NCBI GenBank assembly: GCA_021107855.1
Contig: JAIORZ010000011.1
Coordinates: 199,686-263,685 of the forward strand
Direction: 5' to 3'
DNA length: 64,000 nucleotides
Source of the DNA: an archaeon
GTDB taxonomy: Archaea; Nanobdellota; Nanobdellia; Pacearchaeales; GW2011-AR1
In this document: one piece after another, positions 54,453-62,910 of the stretch
Layout: each line of letters opens with the position of its first letter
Numbering within the stretch: the first letter of the stretch is position 1
Made by a program: the position numbers and the translations under genes
The notes under the pieces: generated by a model
What the model was told of the DNA's origin: nothing
Database searches by the model: none
Seen by the model: the letters and a program-made list of their open reading frames with translations, nothing else

Positions 54453-55889
54453 ATGATGGGGAAGCGTAAAAACATGTCTTTTAAAAAGGAAGTTGGGGAT
54501 TCATCCTCGTCGGATAAAGCGTTTCCGGTCAAGATTGGGTTGGAGGTTCATGGGTATTTGGATAGTCGGGAGAAGTTGTTTTGTATGTGTCGGACGGATT
54601 TTTTGGAGTCGGAGGCGAATAGCAGGATTTGTCCGATTTGTACGGGGACGCCGGGGTCGAAGCCGATGGCTGTGAATTTGGAGGCGGTGCGGAAGATGGT
54701 GCAGATTGCGATTGTTTTTGGGTCGAAGATTAATCTTGAGACGACTTGGCAGAGGAAGCATTATGATTGGGCGGATTTGCCGAAGGGGTATCAGACGACG
54801 ATGTCGGGGGCGCACGCGAAGGTGAACGCGGTTGGGGGGAAGTTTCGGGGGATTAATATTACGGAGTTGCATTTGGAGGAGGACCCGGCGCAATGGAATC
54901 CGGATTCGGGGAGGATTAATTATAATCGGAGCGGGTTGCCGTTGATTGAGATTGTGACGGAGCCGGAGTTTAGTGATAGTGAGCAGGTTGTTGAGTGGTT
55001 GAAGGGTTTGCTTTTGTCTCTTAGTTATATTAAGGCGGTGCGGAAGAATGCGGGGATTAAGGTTGATGTGAATGTTTCGACTTATGGGGAGCGGGTTGAG
55101 ATGAAGAATTTGAATTCGTTGGAGAAGATTAGGAAGGCGATTGATTATGAGGTTGTTCGGCAGGTTGAGGCTTACGATGCTGGTAAAACCCAGCCCAGAG
55201 AGACGATGGCTTATGATGAGTCGAAGGGGATTACGGTTAAGATGAGGTCGAAAGAGGGGGCTGCTGATTATAGGTTTGTTCCTGACCCGGATTTGCCAGT
55301 GATGAAGATAGATGAGAAGATGGTGAAGGAGATAAGGGCTGGGATGCCGGAGATGCCGGAGGTTAAGCTGGAGAGGTTGTTGAAAAAGTATGAGGTTGGG
55401 GAGAAAGATGCGAAGATTTTGACGAGGAATTTGGAGCTTGTTGATTTTTTTGAGAGGTTGGCTGGGAATGGGATTAACGCTAAGAAAAATATAAGTTGGA
55501 TTACAATTGAGTTGATTAGGGTTTTGAATTATAATAAGAAGAGTTTGGAGGATGCGGATGTTGAGATTTTGCCGGAGCATTTGGCGGAGTTGATTGAGGC
55601 GGTTGAGGCTGGGGATATTACGGTTTTGAAGGGGAAGCAGATTATGAATGATTTTGTGCCGAGGAGTTTTTCGTTGAGGGAGCATAAGGGGGAGATTGGG
55701 AATATTGATGAGGCGGCGGTTGAGAATTTGTGTAGGCAGGTGATTAGTGAGAATGCGCATGTTGTTGAGGAGTATAGGGCGGGGAAGGTGGCTTCTCTTA
55801 ATTTTTTGATTGGGGGAGTTATGCGGTTGAGTGAGAGAAGGGCGGATTTTAAGGTGGCGGGGGATTGTTTGAAGAGGTTGATTGGATGA
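54453..55889 (+). CDS. gatB: Asp/Glu-tRNA amidotransferase subunit B
   Basis: KIGLEVHGYL..KLFCMC, LHLEEDPAQ, GIKVDVNVS, and a C-terminal YqeY-like LIGGVMRLSERRADFK. Confidence 0.88.
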   Translation: MMGKRKNMSFKKEVGDSSSSDKAFPVKIGLEVHGYLDSREKLFCMCRTDFLESEANSRICPICTGTPGSKPMAVNLEAVRKMVQIAIVFGSKINLETTWQRKHYDWADLPKGYQTTMSGAHAKVNAVGGKFRGINITELHLEEDPAQWNPDSGRINYNRSGLPLIEIVTEPEFSDSEQVVEWLKGLLLSLSYIKAVRKNAGIKVDVNVSTYGERVEMKNLNSLEKIRKAIDYEVVRQVEAYDAGKTQPRETMAYDESKGITVKMRSKEGAADYRFVPDPDLPVMKIDEKMVKEIRAGMPEMPEVKLERLLKKYEVGEKDAKILTRNLELVDFFERLAGNGINAKKNISWITIELIRVLNYNKKSLEDADVEILPEHLAELIEAVEAGDITVLKGKQIMNDFVPRSFSLREHKGEIGNIDEAAVENLCRQVISENAHVVEEYRAGKVASLNFLIGGVMRLSERRADFKVAGDCLKRLIG

Positions 55890-55913
55890 GTGAGTGAGTT
55901 GTAGGCAGTAGAA

Positions 55914-56228
55914 TTAATATTTAAATTTCTTTTCATATGTTTTATGGTTTACCCAATCTAAGATAATTACTACAACCACAGCTTTCCCTCCTTGTATGGA
56001 GTAAAGGAGTCTCCATGCTCCAGGAAGGTTATATTTCCATAAATTATTATTATTTTTATATTCTTTTGGAATTTGTTTCTTGGGAATTTGTATTCCACAG
56101 AAAGGATTTTTTTCAATTTCACACAGGGCACTATCTATTTGTTTTCTTAGGGACTCTTTGGTGTCTATTTGTTGATAACTTTTTTGTATTTTTTTATCTA
56201 CAAATTGTATTTTACAGGGCTTATCCAC
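55914..56228 (-). CDS. RelE/ParE-superfamily toxin-like protein
   Basis: 104 aa. The C-terminal half NLWKYNLPGAWRLLYSI..VVVIILDWVNHKTYEKKF fits the RelE-like pattern. Confidence 0.6.
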   Translation of the reverse strand: MDKPCKIQFVDKKIQKSYQQIDTKESLRKQIDSALCEIEKNPFCGIQIPKKQIPKEYKNNNNLWKYNLPGAWRLLYSIQGGKAVVVVIILDWVNHKTYEKKFKY

Positions 56229-56508
56229 TTTCTTTTTGTCCCCTCCATGCCAAATGCGCTTTTTTAAGTCTTTTTTCTGATTCTTCTGGATAAAATATCC
56301 AACCTATTTTCCCTTCACTATCTACAGAAATCTTTCCAGAAACCAGAAGGTAATCTATGATTGTGCTATATGTTTGGTACATCATTTTCTTAGGCAAATT
56401 TTCCCACATTTTCTTTTTTTTATATTCTCCATCATTTTCTTTTATGAATTTTTCCACCATTAAGACAGTATCTAGTCTAGGTGACCGCGAAAGAGTTTTG
56501 CTTCCCAT
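56221..56508 (-). CDS. putative antitoxin / wHTH protein
   Basis: 95 aa from ATG 56508. 8-nt overlap with the downstream toxin-like gene. Confidence 0.5.
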   Translation of the reverse strand: MGSKTLSRSPRLDTVLMVEKFIKENDGEYKKKKMWENLPKKMMYQTYSTIIDYLLVSGKISVDSEGKIGWIFYPEESEKRLKKAHLAWRGQKESG

Positions 56509-56581
56509 TATTTTTAACTCCACTCTTTTTCCTAAAAACTCCTAGGGCACCTCCCTCTCTTCATCATCACCATCTCCATAG

Positions 56582-56601
56582 GGTATATCATATGATATAC
56601 C
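56582..56601. promoter_or_regulatory. perfect 20-nt palindrome upstream of the toxin-antitoxin pair (candidate operator)
   Basis: GGTATATCATATGATATACC, about 75 nt upstream of the antitoxin start. Confidence 0.5.
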
Positions 56602-56656
56602 TTATAAACCTTTCTGTTTATATAAAATATTATAAAGTTGTAATATCTGTAATAAT

Positions 56657-56980
56657 ATGGGTATATTTTTCAAAAAGAAAAAGAAGCCTGGCATGGTTTA
56701 TCTCGGGGAGGTTACTTGTAAGAATGATTCTAAAAAAATATATACTGGTATGACTCGCAGGGCTGTTAAAGTAAGAACTAGTGAGCATGCGAGGTCGCAG
56801 AATGCTAAAAAGAAAAAGACTTGGGTGAGTAAACAGAAAGATTACAAGTTGAAGGGGGCTTTCTGCAGTAGGAATCCGGAGAAAGCGGAAAGGACTGTTA
56901 AAAAATTAAAGCCGCATCAGAAAAGATATTTGGCGCGAGGAGCGGCGATGAAATATAGGCGAAGGATGAAGAAGATATAG
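56657..56980 (+). CDS. small GIY-YIG domain protein
   Basis: MVYLGEV....KIYTGMTRRAVKVRTSEH fits GIY..YIG..R..EH spacing. Very basic C-terminus. Confidence 0.55.
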   Translation: MGIFFKKKKKPGMVYLGEVTCKNDSKKIYTGMTRRAVKVRTSEHARSQNAKKKKTWVSKQKDYKLKGAFCSRNPEKAERTVKKLKPHQKRYLARGAAMKYRRRMKKI

Positions 56981-57015
56981 ATTAATTATTTAAACCTCAA
57001 TCTCCTACACAACCC

Positions 57016-57183
57016 ATGGCAAAAAAGAAAAAAGAGGACAAATCTGGCTTGTTCATTCCGGCTGGTCTTTTCTTGGGTCTTGGTTGGGGCGCTTTGTATG
57101 ACAACTATTCGGCTGGCGTTTTGCTTGGGCTTGGCGTCGGGTTTTTAGGGATGGCGATTGCTAGTTTTTGGGGACGGAAGTGA
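57016..57183 (+). CDS. small membrane protein (55 aa)
   Basis: My translation: MAKKKKEDKSGLFIPAGLFLGLGWGALYDNYSAGVLLGLGVGFLGMAIASFWGRK. TGATG overlap with the next ORF. Confidence 0.45.
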   Translation: MAKKKKEDKSGLFIPAGLFLGLGWGALYDNYSAGVLLGLGVGFLGMAIASFWGRK

Positions 57184-57365
57184 TGGACTTGAGAGAATTG
57201 ATATTTAAGGAACAAAAGGGAGACGGTGTTTTGGCGATTGTGTTTTTGGTTATTGCTTTGGGTCTTGCGGTTGTTGGTTATGTGAGAGGTGAGGGTGTTT
57301 GGTATATTAGGACGGGGATATTTTGTGTTGCTGTTTTGTTTTTGTTGTGGAGGCGGGGGCGATAA
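57183..57365 (+). CDS. small membrane protein
   Basis: MDLRELIFKEQKGDGVLAIVFLVIALGLAVVGY... with two TM helices. Confidence 0.45.
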   Translation: MDLRELIFKEQKGDGVLAIVFLVIALGLAVVGYVRGEGVWYIRTGIFCVAVLFLLWRRGR

Positions 57366-57382
57366 TTTAGAATCAGTCCAGA

Positions 57383-57700
57383 TTAAACTTCTTTTGAAAT
57401 TCTTTTGATTAAATCTTCTTTGTGTTCGGGCTTACAATATAAAACGATGCCTTCTTTGTATCTTGCTAGTTTTTCTTTAGTGTGACAGTGGGCGTCTCCG
57501 CCGATTACCCAGATTCTTGAATTTGTTTTTGGGTCGGAATAGATGTCGTAGGGGTGGGTGTAGAGACCATTCTTTTCTACGAGGTTGAAAGGGAAGCCAA
57601 TAGTGGCTTGTGCCTTTAACATATTTCTGAGATGGTTTCTTGGGAACATTAGTCCTGTTCCGCCTTCGGTTTCGTAGTCGAAAAATTGTTTTTCTGTCAT
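57383..57700 (-). CDS. hypothetical protein, tandem paralog 2
   Basis: Shares FDYET..GTGLMF.RN...FPF.L.EKN.L..HPYDIY.DPKTNS.IWV.G.DAHCH..EK...YKEGI..YC.P.HK.DLIK with 57715..58038. Confidence 0.65.
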   Translation of the reverse strand: MTEKQFFDYETEGGTGLMFPRNHLRNMLKAQATIGFPFNLVEKNGLYTHPYDIYSDPKTNSRIWVIGGDAHCHTKEKLARYKEGIVLYCKPEHKEDLIKRISKEV

Positions 57701-57714
57701 GGCTTTTGGTTGTT

Positions 57715-58038
57715 TTAAAAACAACTCACCCTCAAAATTTTTTTAATCAAATCTTTTTTATGTTTGGGCTCACAGTAGATGCCGATTCCTTCTTTGTATT
57801 CCCATTGTTTTTCCCCAACATGGCAGTGGGCGTCGTTTCCCATTACCCAGATTTCTGAGTTTGTTTTTGGGTCGGTGTAGATATCATAAGGGTGACTAAG
57901 GAGGTCGTTTTTTTCTGTTAGGTCGAAAGGGAATTTCGTGGCCCATTTTAGATTCGACTTGTTCCTGAACTGGTTTCTTATGAACATTAGTCCGGTTTTG
58001 CATTTGGTTTCGTAGTCAAAGGAGATTTTGTCTGTCAT
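57715..58038 (-). CDS. hypothetical protein, tandem paralog 1
   Basis: See 57383..57700. The paralogy supports both as real genes. Confidence 0.65.
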   Translation of the reverse strand: MTDKISFDYETKCKTGLMFIRNQFRNKSNLKWATKFPFDLTEKNDLLSHPYDIYTDPKTNSEIWVMGNDAHCHVGEKQWEYKEGIGIYCEPKHKKDLIKKILRVSCF

Positions 58039-58170
58039 GATGTTTGGGGGGCTTTGGGGTTTTTAAAAATTATTGTGGTTTAAAATCAATTCGAGACTCC
58101 GTGTAAAATCGTCCGAGAGATGTTAGCCCAATATAGCAATCCTTAAATTGTCGGAGTTTGTTTATTTTTT

Positions 58171-58956
58171 ATGGGGGATTGGAATAAGCGTGAGGCGTTG
58201 TATCATTTGGCGTTGTTGGAGGAGGGGAATGGCAATGGAGATTTGAGGAGTGCTCTTATTCATAGGACTAGCGGTGGCTTTGAGGAGGTTTGGACGGGGT
58301 CGCTTAATAGGCGGGAGATTAAAATGTTGCCTCTTATGTTGAGGAATGAGGGTTTTCGTCCTGCGGTGAGGGCTATTTCTGGTGTTGATTTTAGGGCTCT
58401 TGGAATTAATGGTCGGAGGTTTCCTGATGCTTTGAGAGATGTGGAGTGTTCTTCGCCTGTGGTTTATTTTCAGGGGGATGAGGATTTGTTTTATCGTGAT
58501 GTGGTTTGTGTGAAGGGGGCTTATAGGGCGGAGGAGAAAATTCGTGCGGAGGATTTTCGTGATGTTGATTTGGTGTGGGAGGGGTATGTTAAGGAGGTGT
58601 TTGATTCTACTCTTGGGATGGTGAAGAATGGGTATACTATTGCTGCGGAGGTTTTTGGGGATACTCATAATATTGCGCTTAATACTGCTATGAAGTATGG
58701 GGGTGGGAAGATGATTGGGATTGTGAAGGATGGGTTGGATGGGTGGATTGATTCGAGATTGAAGGCTAGGATTTTGGAGAAGGGGTTGCTTGTTTCTGAT
58801 GTTCCCGTCGGGGTGAGGGAATTGTTTGGGAAAGATAAGAGGTTTAGTTCTATGTCAAAGTTTTCTGATATTGAAATGTATTTGGGGAATTATGGGGTTA
58901 AGTGGCATTCTGTTCCGAAGTTGGATAAGAAAAATAGACCTAACACATATCTTTGA
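58171..58956 (+). CDS. dprA: DprA/Smf-like (SLOG Rossmann) protein, divergent
   Basis: FPDALRDVECSSPVVYFQGDEDLF matches the DprA YP..L..i..pP.vLy.kG pattern. The Rossmann part is GYTIAAEVFGDTHNIALNTAMKYGGGKMIGIVKDGLDG..GLLVSDVPVG. The canonical GID..AH is altered. Confidence 0.5.
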   Translation: MGDWNKREALYHLALLEEGNGNGDLRSALIHRTSGGFEEVWTGSLNRREIKMLPLMLRNEGFRPAVRAISGVDFRALGINGRRFPDALRDVECSSPVVYFQGDEDLFYRDVVCVKGAYRAEEKIRAEDFRDVDLVWEGYVKEVFDSTLGMVKNGYTIAAEVFGDTHNIALNTAMKYGGGKMIGIVKDGLDGWIDSRLKARILEKGLLVSDVPVGVRELFGKDKRFSSMSKFSDIEMYLGNYGVKWHSVPKLDKKNRPNTYL

Positions 58957-59212
58957 ATTTTGTTTTGGGAAATCTTTTTTCAAATTTTTTGCTTACTTTG
59001 GCTCTGACTTCTGGCCATTTCTTTTTTTCTTTTGCTCCTACGATTGAGGCTAGGGCGCACCTGCATAAGGACGGGTCTTTCTTTTTTAGTTTGTTAAATA
59101 TTTCGTATGGGTCTTGTTTTAGGAAGTCAGATTTCCCTTTGATGCCTATACCCTTTAGTTTTTTAGCTATTATTTTCCCAACGTTTTGTAAGTCTTCTAA
59201 ATCGTCTTTCAT
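58940..59212 (-). CDS. TfoX C-terminal (HhH) domain-like protein
   Basis: LEDLQNVGKIIAKKLKGIGIKGKSDFLKQDPYEIFNKL....LCRCALASIVGAKEKKKW fits the TfoX_C pattern. Confidence 0.5.
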   Translation of the reverse strand: MKDDLEDLQNVGKIIAKKLKGIGIKGKSDFLKQDPYEIFNKLKKKDPSLCRCALASIVGAKEKKKWPEVRAKVSKKFEKRFPKTKFKDMC

Positions 59213-59222
59213 TTTTCTGTTT

Positions 59223-59510
59223 CTAAAACCAACCCCAGCCTTGCATCGCCCTAAAAAGAATATAAAACCAACTCAAAACTCCGTGTAAAATTGCCCATAA
59301 AACCGAGGCGCTTCTTTCATAAGATAAAATCATTGCTAGGGCGGAGCCGAAGACCCAGAAGCCTGAGCAGTGGTTGCAGGATGTTTTCTTTTTTGGTTCG
59401 CACATGTCTCCTAGTTTGTCTAGGTTTCTTACTTTGATGTCGATGTCTGGGTGGGAGGATTTGAATTTCTTTTTTGTTGCTTTCTTTTTTATCACTTTCT
59501 TTTTTGGCAT
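59223..59510 (-). CDS. small membrane protein with basic N-terminus
   Basis: 95 aa: MPKKKVIKKKATKKK..., then two TM helices. Confidence 0.5.
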   Translation of the reverse strand: MPKKKVIKKKATKKKFKSSHPDIDIKVRNLDKLGDMCEPKKKTSCNHCSGFWVFGSALAMILSYERSASVLWAILHGVLSWFYILFRAMQGWGWF

Positions 59511-59580
59511 GGTTTTGGAAGGGGAGGGATGTATTTAAGGTTTTGGAAAGTTCTAAAAATGGTGAGGTTTAGGGAATTGG

Positions 59581-60084
59581 ATGGTGTCGGATAAAATTAT
59601 TTGGAAGGGTGACGAGGTGAGCAACACTTGGGTGAGGGTTTCTTCTTATGGTTCTTTGAGTCCTGTTTGTCAGGTTTCTGGATTTTGTTTTGACAGCGAG
59701 GGGAAGGTTTTGTTAGTTAGGGAGCCGGGGGAGGATTTTTGGATGTTGCCTGGGGGGACTCCTGAGGACGGTGAGAGTTTTGAGGAGACGTTGGTTAGGG
59801 AATTGGATGAGGAGGCGTCTTGTGATATTGGCGAGCCTTCTTTGCTTGGTGCTATTAAGGTACATTATCCTAATAATCCGAAGAAGGAACAGGGGGAGAA
59901 TTTTTTTCAGTTGAGATTTGTGGCTCGGATAAGTAAGGTTAAGGAATTGACGAATGACCCGGATAGGGGAGTGAAGCATGAAAGGATTTTTGTTGCGCCG
60001 GAGGATTTTTGTGATTATGCGACTTGGAAGAAGATGGGGAAGGTGATGATGAGGGATGCGGTTGAGTTGGTTGGGGAGATTTAG
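59581..60084 (+). CDS. NUDIX hydrolase
   Basis: Canonical Nudix box GGTPEDGESFEETLVRELDEEASC. Confidence 0.82.
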   Translation: MVSDKIIWKGDEVSNTWVRVSSYGSLSPVCQVSGFCFDSEGKVLLVREPGEDFWMLPGGTPEDGESFEETLVRELDEEASCDIGEPSLLGAIKVHYPNNPKKEQGENFFQLRFVARISKVKELTNDPDRGVKHERIFVAPEDFCDYATWKKMGKVMMRDAVELVGEI

Positions 60085-60153
60085 GGTCGGATTGTTGAGT
60101 AAGTAGTAATTTTAAAGTAGAAACATTTTTAAGTTATAACTCTATAGAACATT

Positions 60154-61287
60154 ATGAAACAAGATGTTGTTATTTTTGGGGCTACTGGGAAGGTAGGGAA
60201 GATTTTGGTTGACCAAATTTTGGATAAAGATGCTGATAAGCGGAGAATAACTGGAGTTGTTTCAAGTCAGAATTGGCTGTATGATCCGAATGGGTTAGGT
60301 TATAAATTAGCTTTGGATTTTTCGGGAGGAGTTGTTGATGGATATTCATATGGTGGAGATCATAGTATGTTGCTTGATGAGATAAGGAAGTTACAGAAAG
60401 TACCTACGAGTTTTGTTGATGTTACTGCTTCGACAGATATGATTCCTACTCATCTTAGGGTGGTCGGAGATTCTTTTTATGATGGCATGGTTACTGCAAA
60501 TAAAAATCCTTTAGTCAAGGATATTGAGACATTCGAAAAATTAACTGCCAATAATGGGAAGTATCAATTTCAGTGTTCTGTTATGGCTGGTGCAGGGGCG
60601 ATAGAGAAAGTTGATGAGGCTTATGAGTTGGGGGATGAGGTTAAGGAGATAAGTGGTTGTTTCTCGGGGACATTGGCTTATTTGTGTGACCAGATGCGTA
60701 AGGGCAAGAAGTTTTCGGAGGCATTGTTTGATGCGCGGTCTCCTGAAAGAGGGTATACGGAGCCGGATGAAAGAGATGATTTGTGGGGTTTTGATGTTGG
60801 GAGAAAGTTACTTATTCTAGCTAGGAGAGCAGGAAAAAAAGTTAATTTAGAAGATGTGAACATTTCCCCCTTTTTGCCTAATATGGCATTTGGTAAGGAA
60901 GAGTCTCTAGAGAAATTTAGGGGGAAACTCCAAACATATGATGTTTATTTTGAGGAGAGGATAAAGCTTGCCGAGTCAGAAGGAAAGACGATACAATATA
61001 TTGCAAAAATGAGTACTCCTTCTGTGGATGATTTGTTAGAAAAAGGAGTTTCCGAAATTCCGATTCCAATCCCGATGAGTCTCGAGGTAGGTTTGAAGAA
61101 AATTCCTAAGTCTCATCTGCTGGGGGGATTGGAGGGGACTTTAAATGGATTTGAAATAATTACTAAAGAAAGGTACCCGAAAGGGTCTTCTTTGGTTATA
61201 ACTGCTTCGGGAGCTGGTTTGAAAGTTACTGCGGGGAATGTGAGAGTTGGTTTGAATAATTTGATGAGATATGACAGGAGGACATAA
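60154..61287 (+). CDS. hom: homoserine dehydrogenase-like oxidoreductase
   Basis: N-terminal VVIFGATGKVG dinucleotide fold. C-terminal TEPDERDDLWGFDVGRKLLILAR matches the homoserine dehydrogenase catalytic domain pattern. Confidence 0.7.
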   Translation: MKQDVVIFGATGKVGKILVDQILDKDADKRRITGVVSSQNWLYDPNGLGYKLALDFSGGVVDGYSYGGDHSMLLDEIRKLQKVPTSFVDVTASTDMIPTHLRVVGDSFYDGMVTANKNPLVKDIETFEKLTANNGKYQFQCSVMAGAGAIEKVDEAYELGDEVKEISGCFSGTLAYLCDQMRKGKKFSEALFDARSPERGYTEPDERDDLWGFDVGRKLLILARRAGKKVNLEDVNISPFLPNMAFGKEESLEKFRGKLQTYDVYFEERIKLAESEGKTIQYIAKMSTPSVDDLLEKGVSEIPIPIPMSLEVGLKKIPKSHLLGGLEGTLNGFEIITKERYPKGSSLVITASGAGLKVTAGNVRVGLNNLMRYDRRT

Positions 61288-61372
61288 ATTCTTATAAATT
61301 GGGAGGAGGAGAAAGAATTAGGAAAATTTAGATAAACGTGCATTTTATAAAGATTAAATTCTTACGTATTAC

Positions 61373-61948
61373 GTGGCAAAGGGTAAAAAGAGTGATGTCG
61401 GGTTGAATTTTAAGGATGCTTTTGGGTATTCGTTTAAGCGGGCTAAGGGGTTGTTGAATATTTTGTGGGTGTTTTTACCGATTTTCGGTTGGTTTGCTTT
61501 GGGTGGATATAGTATTAGGATTATTAAGGAATTTTGCGATGGGAAATTTAAGAAATTGCCTGTTATGAAGTTTAGCAGTGATATGAAGTTTGGATTCTTT
61601 ATGTTTTTGAAGGCGATTCCGTTTATTTTGGCGTATATTATTGTGACTTCGATTTTGGGCGCGATAAGTGATTCGCTCGGAGGTTTTGTTGAATTTTTGT
61701 TGGCGATATTTGTAGTTCCGATGTTGGCTATAAATTTTATGAAGAAGGAAACTATTGAGTCGTTCTTTGAGTTTGAGGTTTTGAGGGCTGTTGTTGATAA
61801 TTTTAAAGATTATATTATAGTTGTTTTGAAGAGTATCGGTTTAGCGATTATATTTATTCTTATGATGATTGTTTTGGTTGGGATTCCGGCTGCTGCTTTT
61901 ACGAGGAATATATTTTTAGCAGACTTTTATAGAAGAAGAGTTAAATAA
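61373..61948 (+). CDS. DUF4013-like membrane protein
   Basis: GTG start 25 nt after TATA TTTTATAAAG. The LNILWVFLPIFGWFALGGYSIRII pattern and 4 TM helices fit the family. Confidence 0.55.
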   Translation: MAKGKKSDVGLNFKDAFGYSFKRAKGLLNILWVFLPIFGWFALGGYSIRIIKEFCDGKFKKLPVMKFSSDMKFGFFMFLKAIPFILAYIIVTSILGAISDSLGGFVEFLLAIFVVPMLAINFMKKETIESFFEFEVLRAVVDNFKDYIIVVLKSIGLAIIFILMMIVLVGIPAAAFTRNIFLADFYRRRVK

Positions 61949-61960
61949 AAAGAGGTGGAA

Positions 61961-62167
61961 ATGAATTTAATAAAATGGATTGAGAAGTCAATAAAGAAAA
62001 TGAAGTGGCATGATATATCGCTTATTAAGCTTTCGACGTTTTTTGCGACTTTGTTTTTGATTACGGCTTGGCCGGCGTTTCGAGAACTTGTGATGCGATT
62101 TGATTGGTATGTGTATTTGATTCTGATGATTGTGTTTGCGATTCCGGTTATGAAGAAAACGTTTTGA
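61961..62167 (+). CDS. small membrane protein
   Basis: 68 aa from the ATG, with two TM helices. Confidence 0.5.
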   Translation: MNLIKWIEKSIKKMKWHDISLIKLSTFFATLFLITAWPAFRELVMRFDWYVYLILMIVFAIPVMKKTF

Positions 62168-62203
62168 GGTAAGGTTTTTATAGCTTGAAAGTTTGATTTG
62201 GTT

Positions 62204-62362
62204 ATGAAAAGGTTATCGGTATTTTGGAGTGTTGTTTTGATATTTGGGATGATTTGGTTTGGGAAGGAGATTGGGTGGATTTCTTATAATTTTGATTTTC
62301 CTTGGATTCCGTCGATTTTGATTCTTTTTGCTTTGGGTGCTTTGATTAAGAGGGCGAGGTAG
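62204..62362 (+). CDS. small membrane protein (52 aa)
   Basis: My translation: MKRLSVFWSVVLIFGMIWFGKEIGWISYNFDFPWIPSILILFALGALIKRAR. TATA GTTTTTATAG about 25 nt upstream. Confidence 0.45.
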   Translation: MKRLSVFWSVVLIFGMIWFGKEIGWISYNFDFPWIPSILILFALGALIKRAR

Positions 62363-62429
62363 ATTTTTGTTTTGGATTTGTAGGGTGTATGATATAAATT
62401 GTTAAAAGGGTTTATTTGTTTGGGGTTGG

Positions 62430-62888
62430 ATGTATAAGATTGTTAGTATTAAGGGGGAGACTTCTCTTCGTGGGGAAGATTGGGAAGCTGGGAAGCTGGA
62501 GAGGGTTATGGGTTTTCTTGAGAGGTGGTATTCTGGTGGATTGAAGAGGGATAATGGGGTTAGGGTTGGGACTGGGAAACTTAAGCTTGCTGGCTTGATT
62601 CTTTCTGGTTCTGGGATTCCGTTGACTCCTGTTCTCACTTATGGGATAACTCTTCAAGATGTTATGTATGATAATGAAAGTGCTTTAGTATCGGGGGCTG
62701 TTGTTACCTATTCTAAAAGAAGGGAGTTTCTTCCTAAGCCTAAGAAAATTTTGGAAGTGGTTCCCGAGTTGCCACCTCTTCGGGTTTCTAAAGGTATGCC
62801 TAAGCATATATTGACTATTGTTGCGGGGAAACCTGATATGATTTTGGATGTCGCGAAGCAATTGAGGGTTTTTAGGAAAATATTATAA
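62430..62888 (+). CDS. hypothetical protein
   Basis: 152 aa, plus-strand codon style, no motif recognised. Confidence 0.55.
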   Translation: MYKIVSIKGETSLRGEDWEAGKLERVMGFLERWYSGGLKRDNGVRVGTGKLKLAGLILSGSGIPLTPVLTYGITLQDVMYDNESALVSGAVVTYSKRREFLPKPKKILEVVPELPPLRVSKGMPKHILTIVAGKPDMILDVAKQLRVFRKIL

Positions 62889-62910
62889 ATTTGGAGTTCT
62901 TTGGATAGTT

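Noticed and set aside
54501-55760. 419-aa ORF on the minus strand, antisense to gatB. Similar long antisense ORFs occur at 4628..5266, 13463..14164, 21918..22352, 33311..33817, 47904..48647, 51590..52039 and 58162..58668.
   Set aside because: All lie opposite well-supported conserved genes and translate to low-complexity P/N/R/K/Q/H/T/L-rich strings. They are explained by the T-poor, and therefore stop-codon-poor, minus strand.
58096-58109. 14-nt repeat ACTCCGTGTAAAAT, also at 59278..59291 inside the small membrane gene. It could be a decayed paralog fragment, since the intergenic copy reads ..ILHGV.. on the minus strand.
   Set aside because: Similarity extends over only about 5 codons, which is too short to distinguish from chance without statistics.
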